From NCBI GenBank assembly GCA_020891255.1, contig BQFW01000014.1:1240001-1304000 (forward strand): a stretch of DNA of 64,000 nucleotides, written 5' to 3'. Position numbers and translations under genes: made by a program. Numbering within the stretch: position 1 is the first letter of the stretch; each line of letters starts with the position of its first letter. The stretch comes from Entomortierella parvispora E1425 (lineage: Eukaryota; Fungi; Mortierellomycota). Below, one piece after another: positions 12,953 to 24,525 of this stretch. The notes beneath the pieces were generated by a model. The model saw only the letters and a program-made list of their open reading frames with translations, was not told the origin of the DNA and ran no database searches.

Positions 12953-15483
12953 TTACGAGCGCTTAAGAGCCTTGGACTGCTCAGGGTAGTCGCGTGCAAA
13001 GACAAGTTGAGAGTTGGCAGCTTCACGGAATCCAATGGCACTAGTAAGCTCTGCTTCTGTCCTGGCCATCTCAATTGACTTTTCAAAGTACTCGATAGCC
13101 TTCTCGATCTTTCCTTGCTGCAGGAACAACTGTCCGAGAGTAGCAATAGCGACGTCGCACTCAGGGTCGGCTAAACCATGAAAACAGAAAAGGTAGGGCC
13201 AGTAAGTATATCTATTAGAGGTAAAGCGAGGCAAATGCGTTCATGCAAGAGTATCATCCAGTACCTTCAAGGGACTTCAAGCAGAGTCTCTCGGCCGTTG
13301 CTGGGTCCTGCTTCCACTGGAATACCAAAAGGGCCTTGTTGATGTAGGGAAGGGGGTTCGATGGCTTCAGGTTGATGGCCTTATCAAAACGTTCCAAAGC
13401 TTGATCGTACTGCTGCTGGTCCAACAAAAGCTCTCCATAGTAGTTGTTGACATCACCAGACTCGGGGAAGTCCTTGAGCGCCTTCTTGAAAATGTTCATG
13501 GCCTCAGAGATATTACCAAGCTTATACTGGGCAACACCATATTGAATGTGGGAGAAGACGAAGAGGGGCTCGAGTTCAATGGATTTGGTGTAATCCTTGG
13601 CAGCGCTCTCATAGTCGCCAGTGATGAAGTAGACCTGACCACTGTTGCACATATCCAGAGTGGAGGGATGAGTTAGTCCCCATTGCATCAGAAATAATAA
13701 AAGTGCCTCAGATATGGATAGTTACCGGTGGTAGTAGATGTTGGGGTCGGTGGGGTCGATAGAGATTGCAGTCTCAAACTCCTGGAAAGTGTTGGCAGCG
13801 TCGCCTAAATTCAAAATAGATTTCAAAACTGTTAATAAGCATACCACCACAAGTCCTTCAGTCAAATGTCGAGCTGGGACGAACCTTGCTCCATGAAAAT
13901 GCTTCCGCGCTTGATGTAAGTCTGGACATAGTTGGGGTCCAACTCGATAGCCTTATCAAAGTCCGCCAAAGCCTTCTTTCCATCGCCCATCAAAAAGGTA
14001 AAGGTTCCACGCATGTTGAGAGCCTTGGCCATGTGGGTAGTATCCAGTTCAATGGCCTTGTTGTAGCAATCCACAGCCTGCTGGTACTTTCTGTTGGCGA
14101 GATAGTATTCTGCCAGCTGGAACTGCGCGTCGCCGGTCTCAGCCTCCTCGGGCTTTTCCTCGGGAACAGCAGTCTTTCTGAACGAATCCAGATAGGCAGA
14201 CATAAAAGTGGTCGAAGGAAGGCGCTCCTCGCGAGTCTTCAAGATTTCCTTTGCCTTGACATCAGCGACCTTCTTCAAGTTACGCTCCATGGACTGTGCG
14301 AATGACTCGTTCTTGAAACCGTCGAGGATGCAAAGTGCTGTAAAGTCGTACATAGCCTCCTGATTCTTTCCAGTGCTCTCAAGGGCATGTGCACGTCTTC
14401 CAAGGGCCTGTGTCATAGATATTTTTAAAGGTCAGGCTTCTGTTGGGAGAAATCTGGACAAAGACAAGAGTTCAAAAAAAATTGTGATTTACCTTGACGT
14501 AGACGGGGTTCATCTTCAAGGCGAGAGTGGTATCCTCAATGACCTTGTCGAACTTTCCAATGATAGAGTAGCAAGCGGCACGGTTGCTGTAGAAGACTGG
14601 ATCAGGAGTGAAGGCAATGGCCTGAGAGTACAGGCGAATAGCCTCTTCCCACTTTTTGCTAGAGTATTGGCTGTTACCACGAGTCTTCAAGGTATGAGCA
14701 TGCTCAGATCGTTCCTATATTCACAGGTAGAAAGCGGCGTGGAAAGGCGTGTGAATAATTGATCAACCACACAGGAGGTTCAATCTGGGTTCACATCAAA
14801 AAAAACATGATCCTGGTAGGGAGATCCCCAACGCTACCTTCTGGGACAGCCCAGCGATGGTCTCTGCACTCATAGTCTCGACATCCTCGTCAGAGGCCTT
14901 GGTTGCGGCCTTTTCGTCAGAAGTGGCTGTGGCTATTAAAAATGAAAGAAAGAGCAGCTCGAGTAAGAGGCCGATTCATCCCACTCGTAAAGTCAGATCA
15001 ACCAGTACGTCATGGCCCCAGCAGACACGTCTCGGTTCACAAAACATTCTTTTTGTCTGCAGGGGCCTTGTTCAGTCTCCCGTTCGATGAGGTGGTAGTC
15101 CTTGAGTGCTCCATCGTGTGTATCTGATCCGGGTGGTTCCACAGGGTCGCTGGTTCCTGAACACGCGACTGGAAGGATATTATTTTTTGCCGGTCGTTAC
15201 CTTTGGCCTCAGGAGAGGCAGGAGAGGCGGCGTCCTTGTTGGCGACCGACTTTTTCTTGTTCTTCTTCTTCTTGTTCTTGGACTTGGTCGACTTTGGCTC
15301 CTCAGCCTCAGAGGAAGGCCTTGTGAGGTAGTAGAGACCGGCGCCGGCGATCAAGCTGACCGAGGCCACAGCAGCATAGAACTTCCAATCCTTGTCCTGA
15401 ATGAACTTTTGGACCGCGCTGGGTCCGGATGTGGCGGGGACAGGGGCGGGCGCGGAAGCGGGCATGACCGGTGGAGCGGACAT
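12953..15483 (-). CDS. TOM70: Mitochondrial import receptor Tom70 (TPR protein), multi-exon
   Basis: N-terminal anchor WKFYAAVASVSLIAGAGLYYL plus a basic stretch; TPRs KTRGNSQYSSKKWEEAIRLYSQAI..FYSNRAACY, ALNMRGTFTFLMGD, NPLPYINKALL; 3' end approximate. Confidence 0.95.
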
Positions 15484-15684
15484 TGTGAAGATTCGGTCGA
15501 GGGTGGGGGAGGGGGGGAGGGAGAGAGGGAGAGAGAAGGAACGAGACGAAGGGAGGGAGAATGAAAGGGAAGAACAGAACAGAACAGGCGGAGCAATGCG
15601 AATCCGAAAAAGGTGAATCAGCGGGCAGTCCACGGAAGGGAGACGACTGGGCGGTCCTGGACGCAGGCTGTTGCAGCACACAAG

Positions 15685-15721
15685 CACACACACACACACA
15701 CACACACACCACACACACACA
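15685..15721. repeat. (CA)n microsatellite upstream of TOM70
   Basis: Interrupted CA dinucleotide run seen directly. Confidence 0.9.
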
Positions 15722-16199
15722 GGCACCGTGTTGCAGCCTGCTCCAGGGTGTGCAATGTGCAGCTTGTGCTGGAAAATCTCCTTTGGCGTCACTGTATTTG
15801 TGACTCGCTCATACTGCAGCACGCTTTTCTCGCTTTTTGCAAGAATCGAGGACATTGTTCGCTTTTGACAACAAGGTGTGTTAACGCCAGTGCAAGGAGA
15901 CTGGATTCATAACCTCTTTACTTGACATACTGAAACAAGCTGCTGCTAAGGCAGGCAAATGCATCCTCTTCGCACGAAAAAGTCGAAAGGCTTCAAGGAC
16001 CGACGGTTTGGTCGTCATTTCAAGGTAGAGTAGACGCGATCCTTTAATAAAACTCATATAGGTTGTTGACACAGGGGTAAGACTTGCGTTCGTATCAGGA
16101 GATGCTGGTAAAGGAGAGGCAACCAGAATATGAGAAATGGTGAAATTTCTGCAGTGGTTGTTTTCTTCGCAAAAACTAGGAGTCACAGATGGAATTGCT

Positions 16200-17117
16200 T
16201 CAGTAGGCTACGTATGGAGCTGCTGGTCCATCTCGCGCTGATCCATCCTGCGCTGATCCATAATACACAGGGGACGGCTCTCTTCCATACTGAACTTCAT
16301 ATGGCTGCCTATGTTGACTAGCTGAACGCAACCCTTGTGCAGGGTGCGTTATGGTTTCATCCCCCGGTTTTCTATATACCCCGCTAGCAAAAGTATGGGT
16401 CTTGTCTCCAACATCACCTGCCATGTTCTTTAAGCCATTTCCCCACACGCTAGCGATCTCGAGAGGAGCCGCTTCTCTCTGTCTTGTCGACTGATGAAGG
16501 CAAGCGGGGCTGAGTTTGTCCCAAAGCACCAGTTTGTGGCCCGTTCATCTCTGCAATTGGAGCGGCATCAACCTCAGAATTCACGTTCTTGTCATGTCAA
16601 GACTGAGAAGGGCCAAGATAACAAAGAACAGGGTGCAGGACTTGAATGGACCTGCGGCCTTTCGACTCTTGACAAGGGACATTGCGATTTCAGAGATGGA
16701 GGATGGGTAGAACTTATGAGGAGAAGACGAGTTGTGATGAGGACACAAGAAAATCGAGAATCCGACAACACATTTTATATCCAATGGCACCTTCCTTGAT
16801 TACTTCATTCATCTGCCTCTGTACCTTGCACACAGACTACGCTAAAACGATTTGAATTAGAAAGAAGGGAGTGGTGAATGCCTCCATGATAGCTATCCTA
16901 GAAGTAATGCCGAGATGAACTAAGTCCTTGAATGTACTGGGTAAGGAATCAAGAGTCAGTTAGAGGATTAGTGTGTAGTGGATGCCACAGAAAAGTCCAA
17001 GGGACAACACCAAGGGAAAAGCAAGTACGGAGATACAACTCCAAAGGAGAAGGGTTATCAAGGAAATCGGGGTTAAAGAAGCGATCTGTACGCCTCAAAT
17101 GTGGGATGGTGCTGCAT
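16200..17117 (-). other. Possible small multi-exon gene or gene relic of unknown function
   Basis: Minus strand shows an ATG at 17117, polypyrimidine tracts with branch-like CTAAC/CTAAT and AG acceptors (e.g. CCTTACCCAG), and short coding-like segments (TFKDLVHLGITSRIAIME; QPYEVQYGREPSPVYYG). No fully consistent splice model was found. Confidence 0.25.
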
Positions 17118-17501
17118 AGCACAAAGAATAATATCAAATGGAAGAGACTTCAAGAAGAACACTCGACTAAAGGGAGGGCAGATGCGATAAGGACTCAAGG
17201 AGGTAAACGTCTAGAAATCAAAAGATGGCTGACTTTCAAGGGGGCGGAAGGATGTGAATGAGATGGGTCAACGGTACAATGGAGAGGGAAGAGGCCGACG
17301 CGTTTCTAGAGGATATTGCTACACGGACAAGTTCATTTGGACCAGTGCAGGCGCCATATGGTTCACATCAAATTTGAGTACGGTGACCTAATTTTCGCGC
17401 AAAAGGTGCTGGAAGCAAGCCTCCGAGTTGCAGCTGTTCCATGAGCATGGATCGCTCCTCTGCCTCGTTCCTTCATTCCCTCCCCACTCCATCACATCGC
17501 C

Positions 17502-18229
17502 ATGTTTGCTACCCGAAGCCTCTTTTCTGTTGTTAAGAAGGTACCCTTCCCAACCCTCGCATGCTCTCTTTATCCCTGACCCGAGTCATTCATTTCCTCG
17601 CATCTGGCCCCATCCCGCCCTTCGGAGATCCCATCCGAGAGCGCGATCTGTCGCAGGAGCGAGAACCTATTCAATCCGCCATTGTCCCCTGCTTTTCGCC
17701 TGATCTTCTCATATTGACATACGCGCATGCATTGTTATCACGCTCCCTTTTTTTTTACTAGTCCACCGGCATCTACGGTCTTCCCGTCCATCCCGACCCC
17801 CGCCCTCAGCTCATCAGCATCTACAAAGATACCCTCAAGACTCTGGAGCAGATCCCCTCTCATGCTGTTTACCGTCAGGCCACCTCTGCCTTGACCACCC
17901 ACCGCTTGAACGTTGTCGAGGCCAACGAGGATATTGCCAAGATCGAGAAGACCTTGGATGCTGGACAGATCGAGGAGGTTGTCGTTCAGGCCGCCGAGGA
18001 GCTCAAGCTCGCCGGAAAGATGCTCGAGTGGAAGCCGTAAGTGCCTCTTTTTATGGTGGTCTTTGCTGACACCAGCCATTCCTCAACCTGCAGGTAAAAT
18101 ATCCTGATCTGCTCCTTTGACTTCATTTTTAATTTTTTTTTTTTTTTCTTCAACTTGAATAGTTGGGAGCCATTGGAGACCCCTGCACCAAAAGACCAGT
18201 GGAACTACAAATACAACGACCACAACTAA
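17502..18229 (+). CDS. NDUFA5: NADH:ubiquinone oxidoreductase subunit NDUFA5 (B13/29.9 kDa)
   Basis: Exons 17502-17540, 17762-18036, 18163-18229 give [78 protein letters not shown]..DQWNY. Confidence 0.95.
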
Positions 18230-18381
18230 ACCAAGAAGAGAGACAGCGCAGGATTAATCGGATGAAGTCAACTCACAAATACAGCTAGAATATTTTCACA
18301 TGGAACGGTCGCATCGCATCGCTTTTTTTTTTTTTTTTTTTTTTGTGCATGCTTTATATGGATTATTTTATTATTGCAGAG

Positions 18382-20852
18382 CTAAGATCCCCGTGAGCGC
18401 CACTGCGTTCCTGAAGACAATCCAAACTGAGAATCGGACGACACGCCACTCCGATAGTCGGTTTGTTGAAGTGGCAGATCAGAGGCCGTATGGTCGTGTT
18501 CAACCATATACTCATAGGCGGGATCTTTTGCAAGGACATTACTACTGCCGCTGGCTGTATGGACAAAGTACAGAAAGACCATGCTCACAATACCACTGAT
18601 GAGGAAAATGACATCAAACCTATTCATTTTAATTGAGCGACTTGAGGTTATTCGAGACTCACAGCAGTTATCAGGAGGAGCCAAGGAAACAAAAGGACAG
18701 CAGTGGAGAGACCACCTACCATCGATGATAGAAATCAAATTCAAGGGCGCCCAGAGAATCCGAGATGATCGATCTAGAGTTGAAGAGGAACAGCTGTCAA
18801 AGTTCTGGTTTTTTGTATTTTCAGTATGTTTCACGAACCAAGGCATATCAAGGAAGCCACAAACCTGTATTCCACGGGTAGACTCTGGCGCATCATCAAG
18901 ACTGAGCTCAAGAAATAAAGACCCATCAGATGAGCTAAAAAGAGGATGATGTTGCTGGATGAAACGCGCCTTGAGAATGCCCTGAAAAACTTTGACAACT
19001 CAGTCAAAAGGCCTCGGATGGACAAGAAGATCATCAGTCCAACAAAGAAGAAACTGAGCTGCTGGGACCAAAACTGAACGTCAATCTTCATGTTGGTCTG
19101 GGAGATGAAGCTTCCGATGATGGCTGTAATAGGGTCTGTTGAGCCACTCCTGCTAAACAATGTGTTGATCAAGGCCTAAAGGGATAGCGTAGTGGTGATG
19201 AATAGGATGTTGATACATGCAATACAGGCCACTGGAAAAGGGAATAGACAGGCATACCATTGCCAGTTTATAGACACAATACACAGAAAAGATGTATCCC
19301 ATCAAATTTCCATATTTTCCTTGCCACGTTTTTGCGTGTTTTAGTCTTGACTACAAAGTGTTGAGATTAATTGCGTTAGCCACATCAACAATCCACTCAC
19401 TACTCAAAACATGAGCCGATATTGCACGTTGATCGACAGTACCCTCTCAACATAAAGGTCGTCAATGTCTACGAACAGCTGTCTCGAGATTCCTTCTAGA
19501 GCCGCGATCTCGTGTCTAAGTGTATTCAAGTCTGATAGCAAAAAAAATCAGAAAGACAACTCGACAAACAACAACAATAGGATGGGCACAAAAATGCTTT
19601 TGGATCTGATGATTACTCTCATCTGGTCTCGCAGAGGCATTGCCAAATATCTTTCGCACAAATCCGCCGACTTTTGATGCGTTCGCCTGCTATAGTAATA
19701 TAATAGTGATGAAGGTTAGTTCCCGCGCCACTTTCCAGTTCTTCGGGTAGGATCCTTTTCACTCACATCAACAGAACGAAGTCTTGCATCCTCCATGACC
19801 ATGCGCTTTTTCTTGCTTGCAATCACGTCCAGCGTTTGTATGTACTTTTTCTCAGCTAATTGGATATCCGTGTCCGAGATTTGACTAGAATGAGGAAGCG
19901 GACCAAACTATTAAACACTCGCCAGCTTTCTTTTCCTCTTGGATACAATTAAAGACTGGCAAACCTACCGAAGGAAGAAGAATAGGTTCGAATATGGGCC
20001 ATTGACGGCACCGAATCCAGATAGAATGGCACTGATCGTCACGCCAATGACGCCCACACGGGACATTCCCCATTCCAGAGACAGAAATCCTAAACAAGAG
20101 ATCGATCTGGATGTTTAGTTGCTGGATACTGGCATCATGGCCAAGACGCAGTGTGTCTTACCGAATGAAGAGTCGATCTTTGTGCCTGTGCCAATCTTTT
20201 GAAAGAGGTAAAAGTACGCGGTCCAGATGACGGCGGCGACAGGCAGAGCTCGGTTGGTCACAAAACCTGTTGTAACGGTAGTGGCAGTATTAGTACTAAC
20301 TCTGGATCAAAAAGGCTGATCCGGCCTATTCTCAAGATTTGGCTGGATTACCTGCATTGCGCATGATGAGGATGCACTGATAATAAGGTATAATGGCAAT
20401 GACAAGGAATAACATGGCGTAAAGAGTCAGCTTCCAAAAGTACCGCCGAGATCTAGACGCAGTTGTAAATGCGGAAAGTTAGAGGTGCACAAGAACACGT
20501 TGCACCTGCAGGAGGTGGAGGATGGCTGTGTTGAACAAGGAAGGCAAGGTCAACGGTACTCTTGACTCAGGAGGCCTAGGATTTCGAGGATGATGAGCTC
20601 AAAGAGCTGACAGCTCCAGGTGAGGGTGAGGGCAAAGACGACCTGGACGAGGGCGCCGCCCTGGTACCAGCGCTGCTTGCGGCGGTAGGTGTTTGTGGGG
20701 AATGCAGAGAGGAGGAACTCTTGGTCGGAGCTGTTGGAGGCATAGTCGCGTACGAGGCCCTGGACGAGAAAAGCCCAGGCGGAGGCAAAGAAGAGGGCCT
20801 GGGACGCCAGCAGCAGGGCTGCTTCGAAGACGAGGGAGAATGAGAGGATCAT
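18382..20852 (-). CDS. GPR89: Golgi pH regulator GPHR/GPR89 (GTG-like), multi-exon
   Basis: [84 protein letters not shown] and [16 protein letters not shown] motifs. Confidence 0.9.
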
Positions 20853-21186
20853 GGAAGACTGGGCATGCTCGGTCTGATGTGCTCTGAGTGGACGATGAGA
20901 GAATGAGAGGATGGGAGAGGAGAATGGCGTGTGGGGTGGAGGTGAATGAAGGTGAAGGTGAAGAAGGTGAAGAAGGTGAAAAGAGAGAGAGAGGTGTGAA
21001 AAGAGAGACACACACAGAGACACAGTGTGTGAGAGAGAGACGCTGCTGGAAGAGGTTTTTCTTTCTTCTTTTTCGGACCTCTTTTCTTTTTTTATCTTTC
21101 TTCTCTTTCTCCTTCTTCTTCTTCCCTTCTCTTCTTCATCCATCCCTCCATCCCTCCTCTCTCCCTGTCCGCTTGCAAGGCCATTC

Positions 21187-23380
21187 ATGTCTCTGGCTGT
21201 TGACGACCGCAATCGAATCCACTCTACATCATCGCACCTCGCCTTCATCCCCGAGCAACAAAGCCCCGATCTTCGTCTCCATCCCTTTTCTCCTTCATCG
21301 CCTTCATCTCCACCATCACCCAGCATAGGAGGCTCTTCATCTACAGTCGACCCCCAGGGACCCTCTAGACTCGTCAGGCGCAACTCGCTCAGACACAGCA
21401 AGCGCATCAGCTCCAGCTCTCTCCTCCCCACCAACTACTCCAACAAGAGAAAGCCCTCCACCAGCTCCACCAGCTCCACCACTGCCAACATCCAGTCCTT
21501 CCGTCAACGGCATACTGGACCGGGATCTCTTTACCAAAGGACACTCCGACCCAACGTTATGAGCCTGAGGGAATCGATCATGGCTCGCAAAGGTTACTGG
21601 ATCCGCAATGTGGCAGTCCTCATCTTTTGCCTGACTCTCTTCTTCTTTGTGATGGTCCCCCGGCCTCAGCCCAACCTCCACAGCAAAGTCCCTGTCGGTA
21701 TGTTTGTCTCTTTCTCTCTCTTTCCTCTCTCCAAAAGCCAGGGGCTGTGGCTGGATATCTTTTCCAATGCGCAAATGGCATGGTGCAGCTTCAATTGGCC
21801 CGGCAAGGGTCCTCCACTGTACGCCCCTGCGCCCCTTTCCCTTGGTTTTTGGATTCACCATTCGCCCTGGAACGTAGCACTAGGAAATGTTTATTTTAAA
21901 TTGGCCGATTTTTAATTTATTTATATCGTTCTTCGTACAGACCATTTAGCAGAGACGGCCAACGTTGTGTGGCCAGAGTCCATCAAGTCAGACCATTGCG
22001 ACGTGGCCCATCCAGGACGGCCTCTGATCCAGTATGTGGTCATGCTCGATGCCGGCTCGTCAGGATCCCGTATTCACGCCTACAGATTCAACTATTGCAA
22101 GGCCACTCCAGAACTGGAGAATGAGCTCTTTAAGCGCATTGAATCGGGAGGTCTTTCAAAGTTTGCTGATCACCCCGAGGACGCCGCAAAGAGTCTGGAT
22201 CCCCTGTTGCAGGACGTTCTCGATGAAATCCCAGAGTTCTTGCACAAGAGCACCCCCATTGCCCTCAAGGCCACAGCTGGACTGCGACTTTTGGGAGATG
22301 AGAAATCAGAAAAGATCTTGGCGGCTGTCAGGAACCGACTCGAGACCAAGTATCCTTTCCCCATTATCAAGGAAGGAGGCGTCTCTTTGATGTCTGGTGA
22401 CGACGAAGGTACTTTGTCGCCCCTTTTGTCACTCATGTCCTGATGCGAATTTATTTTTTTCGGAACTGCATGTCTAAAGAACTTCTTTTTCCTTCCTGCG
22501 TTTAGGTGTCTATGCATGGATCACTGTCAACTATCTTTTGAGGAGATTGAGCTCGTTGACGAAGGCACCCACTGTGGCTGTGCTGGATCTCGGTGGTGGA
22601 TCAACTCAGATTGTGTTTGAACCAAAGGTCGTAAATGGACACTCAGTCGCTCAGGGCAGCCACAGAGTGGCGCAGACCTTCAACGGCAACAACTACGTTC
22701 TCTTCCAGCACTCGTACCTCGGTTATGGATTGAACGAGGCCCGCAAGGCGATCAATGCTTACTTGATTGACAACCCTATCCCAGCACCCGCAGGCGTTCA
22801 ATTGGCGGAGGGTGAATATGCTCACCCCTGCATGCCTGTTCGACTCAAGTCTTGGCTCATCCACGATGACAAGAATGTGACCATGATCGGTGTCACGGAT
22901 CATGGTGGAGACTGCAGACGGGTGGTGGAAGAGATTTTCTACAAGCACAAGACCTGTTCGCTTGCACCTTGTTCTTTCAACGGAGTTTACCAGCCCTCGC
23001 TTGAATCCGCCTTTGACTCGGATATTTATGCCTTCTCGTTTATCTTTGACCGCATTGCGCCCCTTCTTGGAGGCGTTGCCAATCCCATGCAAAAGATGAC
23101 CTTGAAGGACCTGGAGGACTTGACAGACAGAGTGTGCATCGCAGACGAGACCAATTTCAAAGAGTTTGATTCTCAGGAGGAGGCACGTCAGGAGCTCAAG
23201 GCCGTTTCAGAGATGTGCATGGATTTGAGTTATATCTATGGTCTCCTCGAGTTTGGATACGGCATTCCCAAGGAGCGGGAATTGAACTTGGCCAAGAAGA
23301 TCAACGACTATGAGACGGGTTGGTGCTTGGGAGCCAGTATCGCCGTCTTGGAGGACAGGTGGTACCCTGCCCCAGCCTAA
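21187..23380 (+). CDS. GDA1: Golgi guanosine diphosphatase (GDA1/CD39 nucleoside phosphatase)
   Basis: Type II TM anchor; apyrase conserved regions MLDAGSSGSRIH, LKATAGLRLL, DDEGVYAWITVNY, LDLGGGSTQ, GWCLGA; stop 23378-23380. Confidence 0.93.
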
Positions 23381-23655
23381 AAAAAAAGAAGGCTACCAGA
23401 GATACAACCCCTGCTTTTAGTTCGCTGTAATCGACCCTATACCGCTAGACTCAAAAAACACCATAAATAACGCATCTTTCTATTACATTACTTTTTTGTT
23501 GTTTCTTTTATTTTTTTTGCTGGGCGATGTCTCATGAAAACACATGTGCAATGTGCGTTTGGATGGGGGGTTTGAAAGGGGGTTCAAAAGAGTTGTGTTG
23601 TCAACAGAAACTAGGCTTTGTCCGAAAGGGGAGTCCGATAACCAGCCGCCTCATT

Positions 23656-24096
23656 TCACCAATAGCCTCCCCAAGGGCGACGCCAGCCGCCCTGCAGGCC
23701 AAGCCAGTTTCCCCAGTTGCCACCGTAACCATAACCGTAGCCGGTACCATAACCGGCACCCAGACCCGCACCGTAACCATAGCCTGCGCCTAGGCCAGCA
23801 CCGTAACCGTAACCGTAACCCAAGCCATAGCCGGTCCCTGTACCGTAGCCAGCAGCGTAGCCATAGTCGTCACCATAGCTGTTGTAGTCCGTGGGCAGAA
23901 CATTGACCACGGGCTGGACATTGGTGATTGGGATCACGTCCGTTTCTGGCGCAATGGTTGTCTGAGGACTCACCACCGTGTTGCCTCCATAGCCTTGAGC
24001 AGGTGCCACCCCTGCGACGCTAGCCACGATAGGTGTCGCTGCGGTCAAAGACACGATCGTGGCCAGGATGAGGAGGATGGATTTGTTCAGAGACAT
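23656..24096 (-). CDS. Small secreted Gly/Tyr-rich protein (146 aa), paralog A
   Basis: Single exon; signal peptide MSLNKSILLILATIVSLTAA; motif TTIAPETDVIPITNVQPVVNVLPT; GYGYGAGLGA repeats; Trp-rich tail. Confidence 0.8.
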   Translation of the reverse strand: MSLNKSILLILATIVSLTAATPIVASVAGVAPAQGYGGNTVVSPQTTIAPETDVIPITNVQPVVNVLPTDYNSYGDDYGYAAGYGTGTGYGLGYGYGYGAGLGAGYGYGAGLGAGYGTGYGYGYGGNWGNWLGLQGGWRRPWGGYW

Positions 24097-24525
24097 GTCT
24101 TTTTTCTTCTTTTTTTTTCGTTTTTTATGGCGCGTTAATTGGGGTCGGTTGCAAGGGGGGGGGACAAAGATGGCTTTAGAGAGATCCTTTCATCGTCCCC
24201 TTCTCTCCTTTATAGCTGAAGAGTGACTGACCCCGACGGGGAGGCAGAAACCAATTCCGAAGCGGTATCGATGATTGATGCAACCGGAGACATTTACAAG
24301 AAAAGATGAAGGCAAGTCGCGACCATCCATCACCATCATCGTACTTGTTCTTTTTTTCTTCTTTTTATCCCCGGCATGGAGTACCTTCCCTGCCCTTGCG
24401 CCTTGGAGATAACGATGGAGGAAAGAAACAAAGCGCGCCTGAAAAATGAACACTGATCGCTGATCGCTGATACCTCCATTTGAAATTAGCTTTTTTTGTA
24501 TCCGTTTTACTTCTTTTTTTTTTTT

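Noticed and set aside
23656-24096. InaZ-type ice-nucleation protein (AGYG motifs)
   Set aside because: It lacks the 16-residue AGYGSTxTAxxxSxLx periodicity and TxT ladders, and the protein is far too short.
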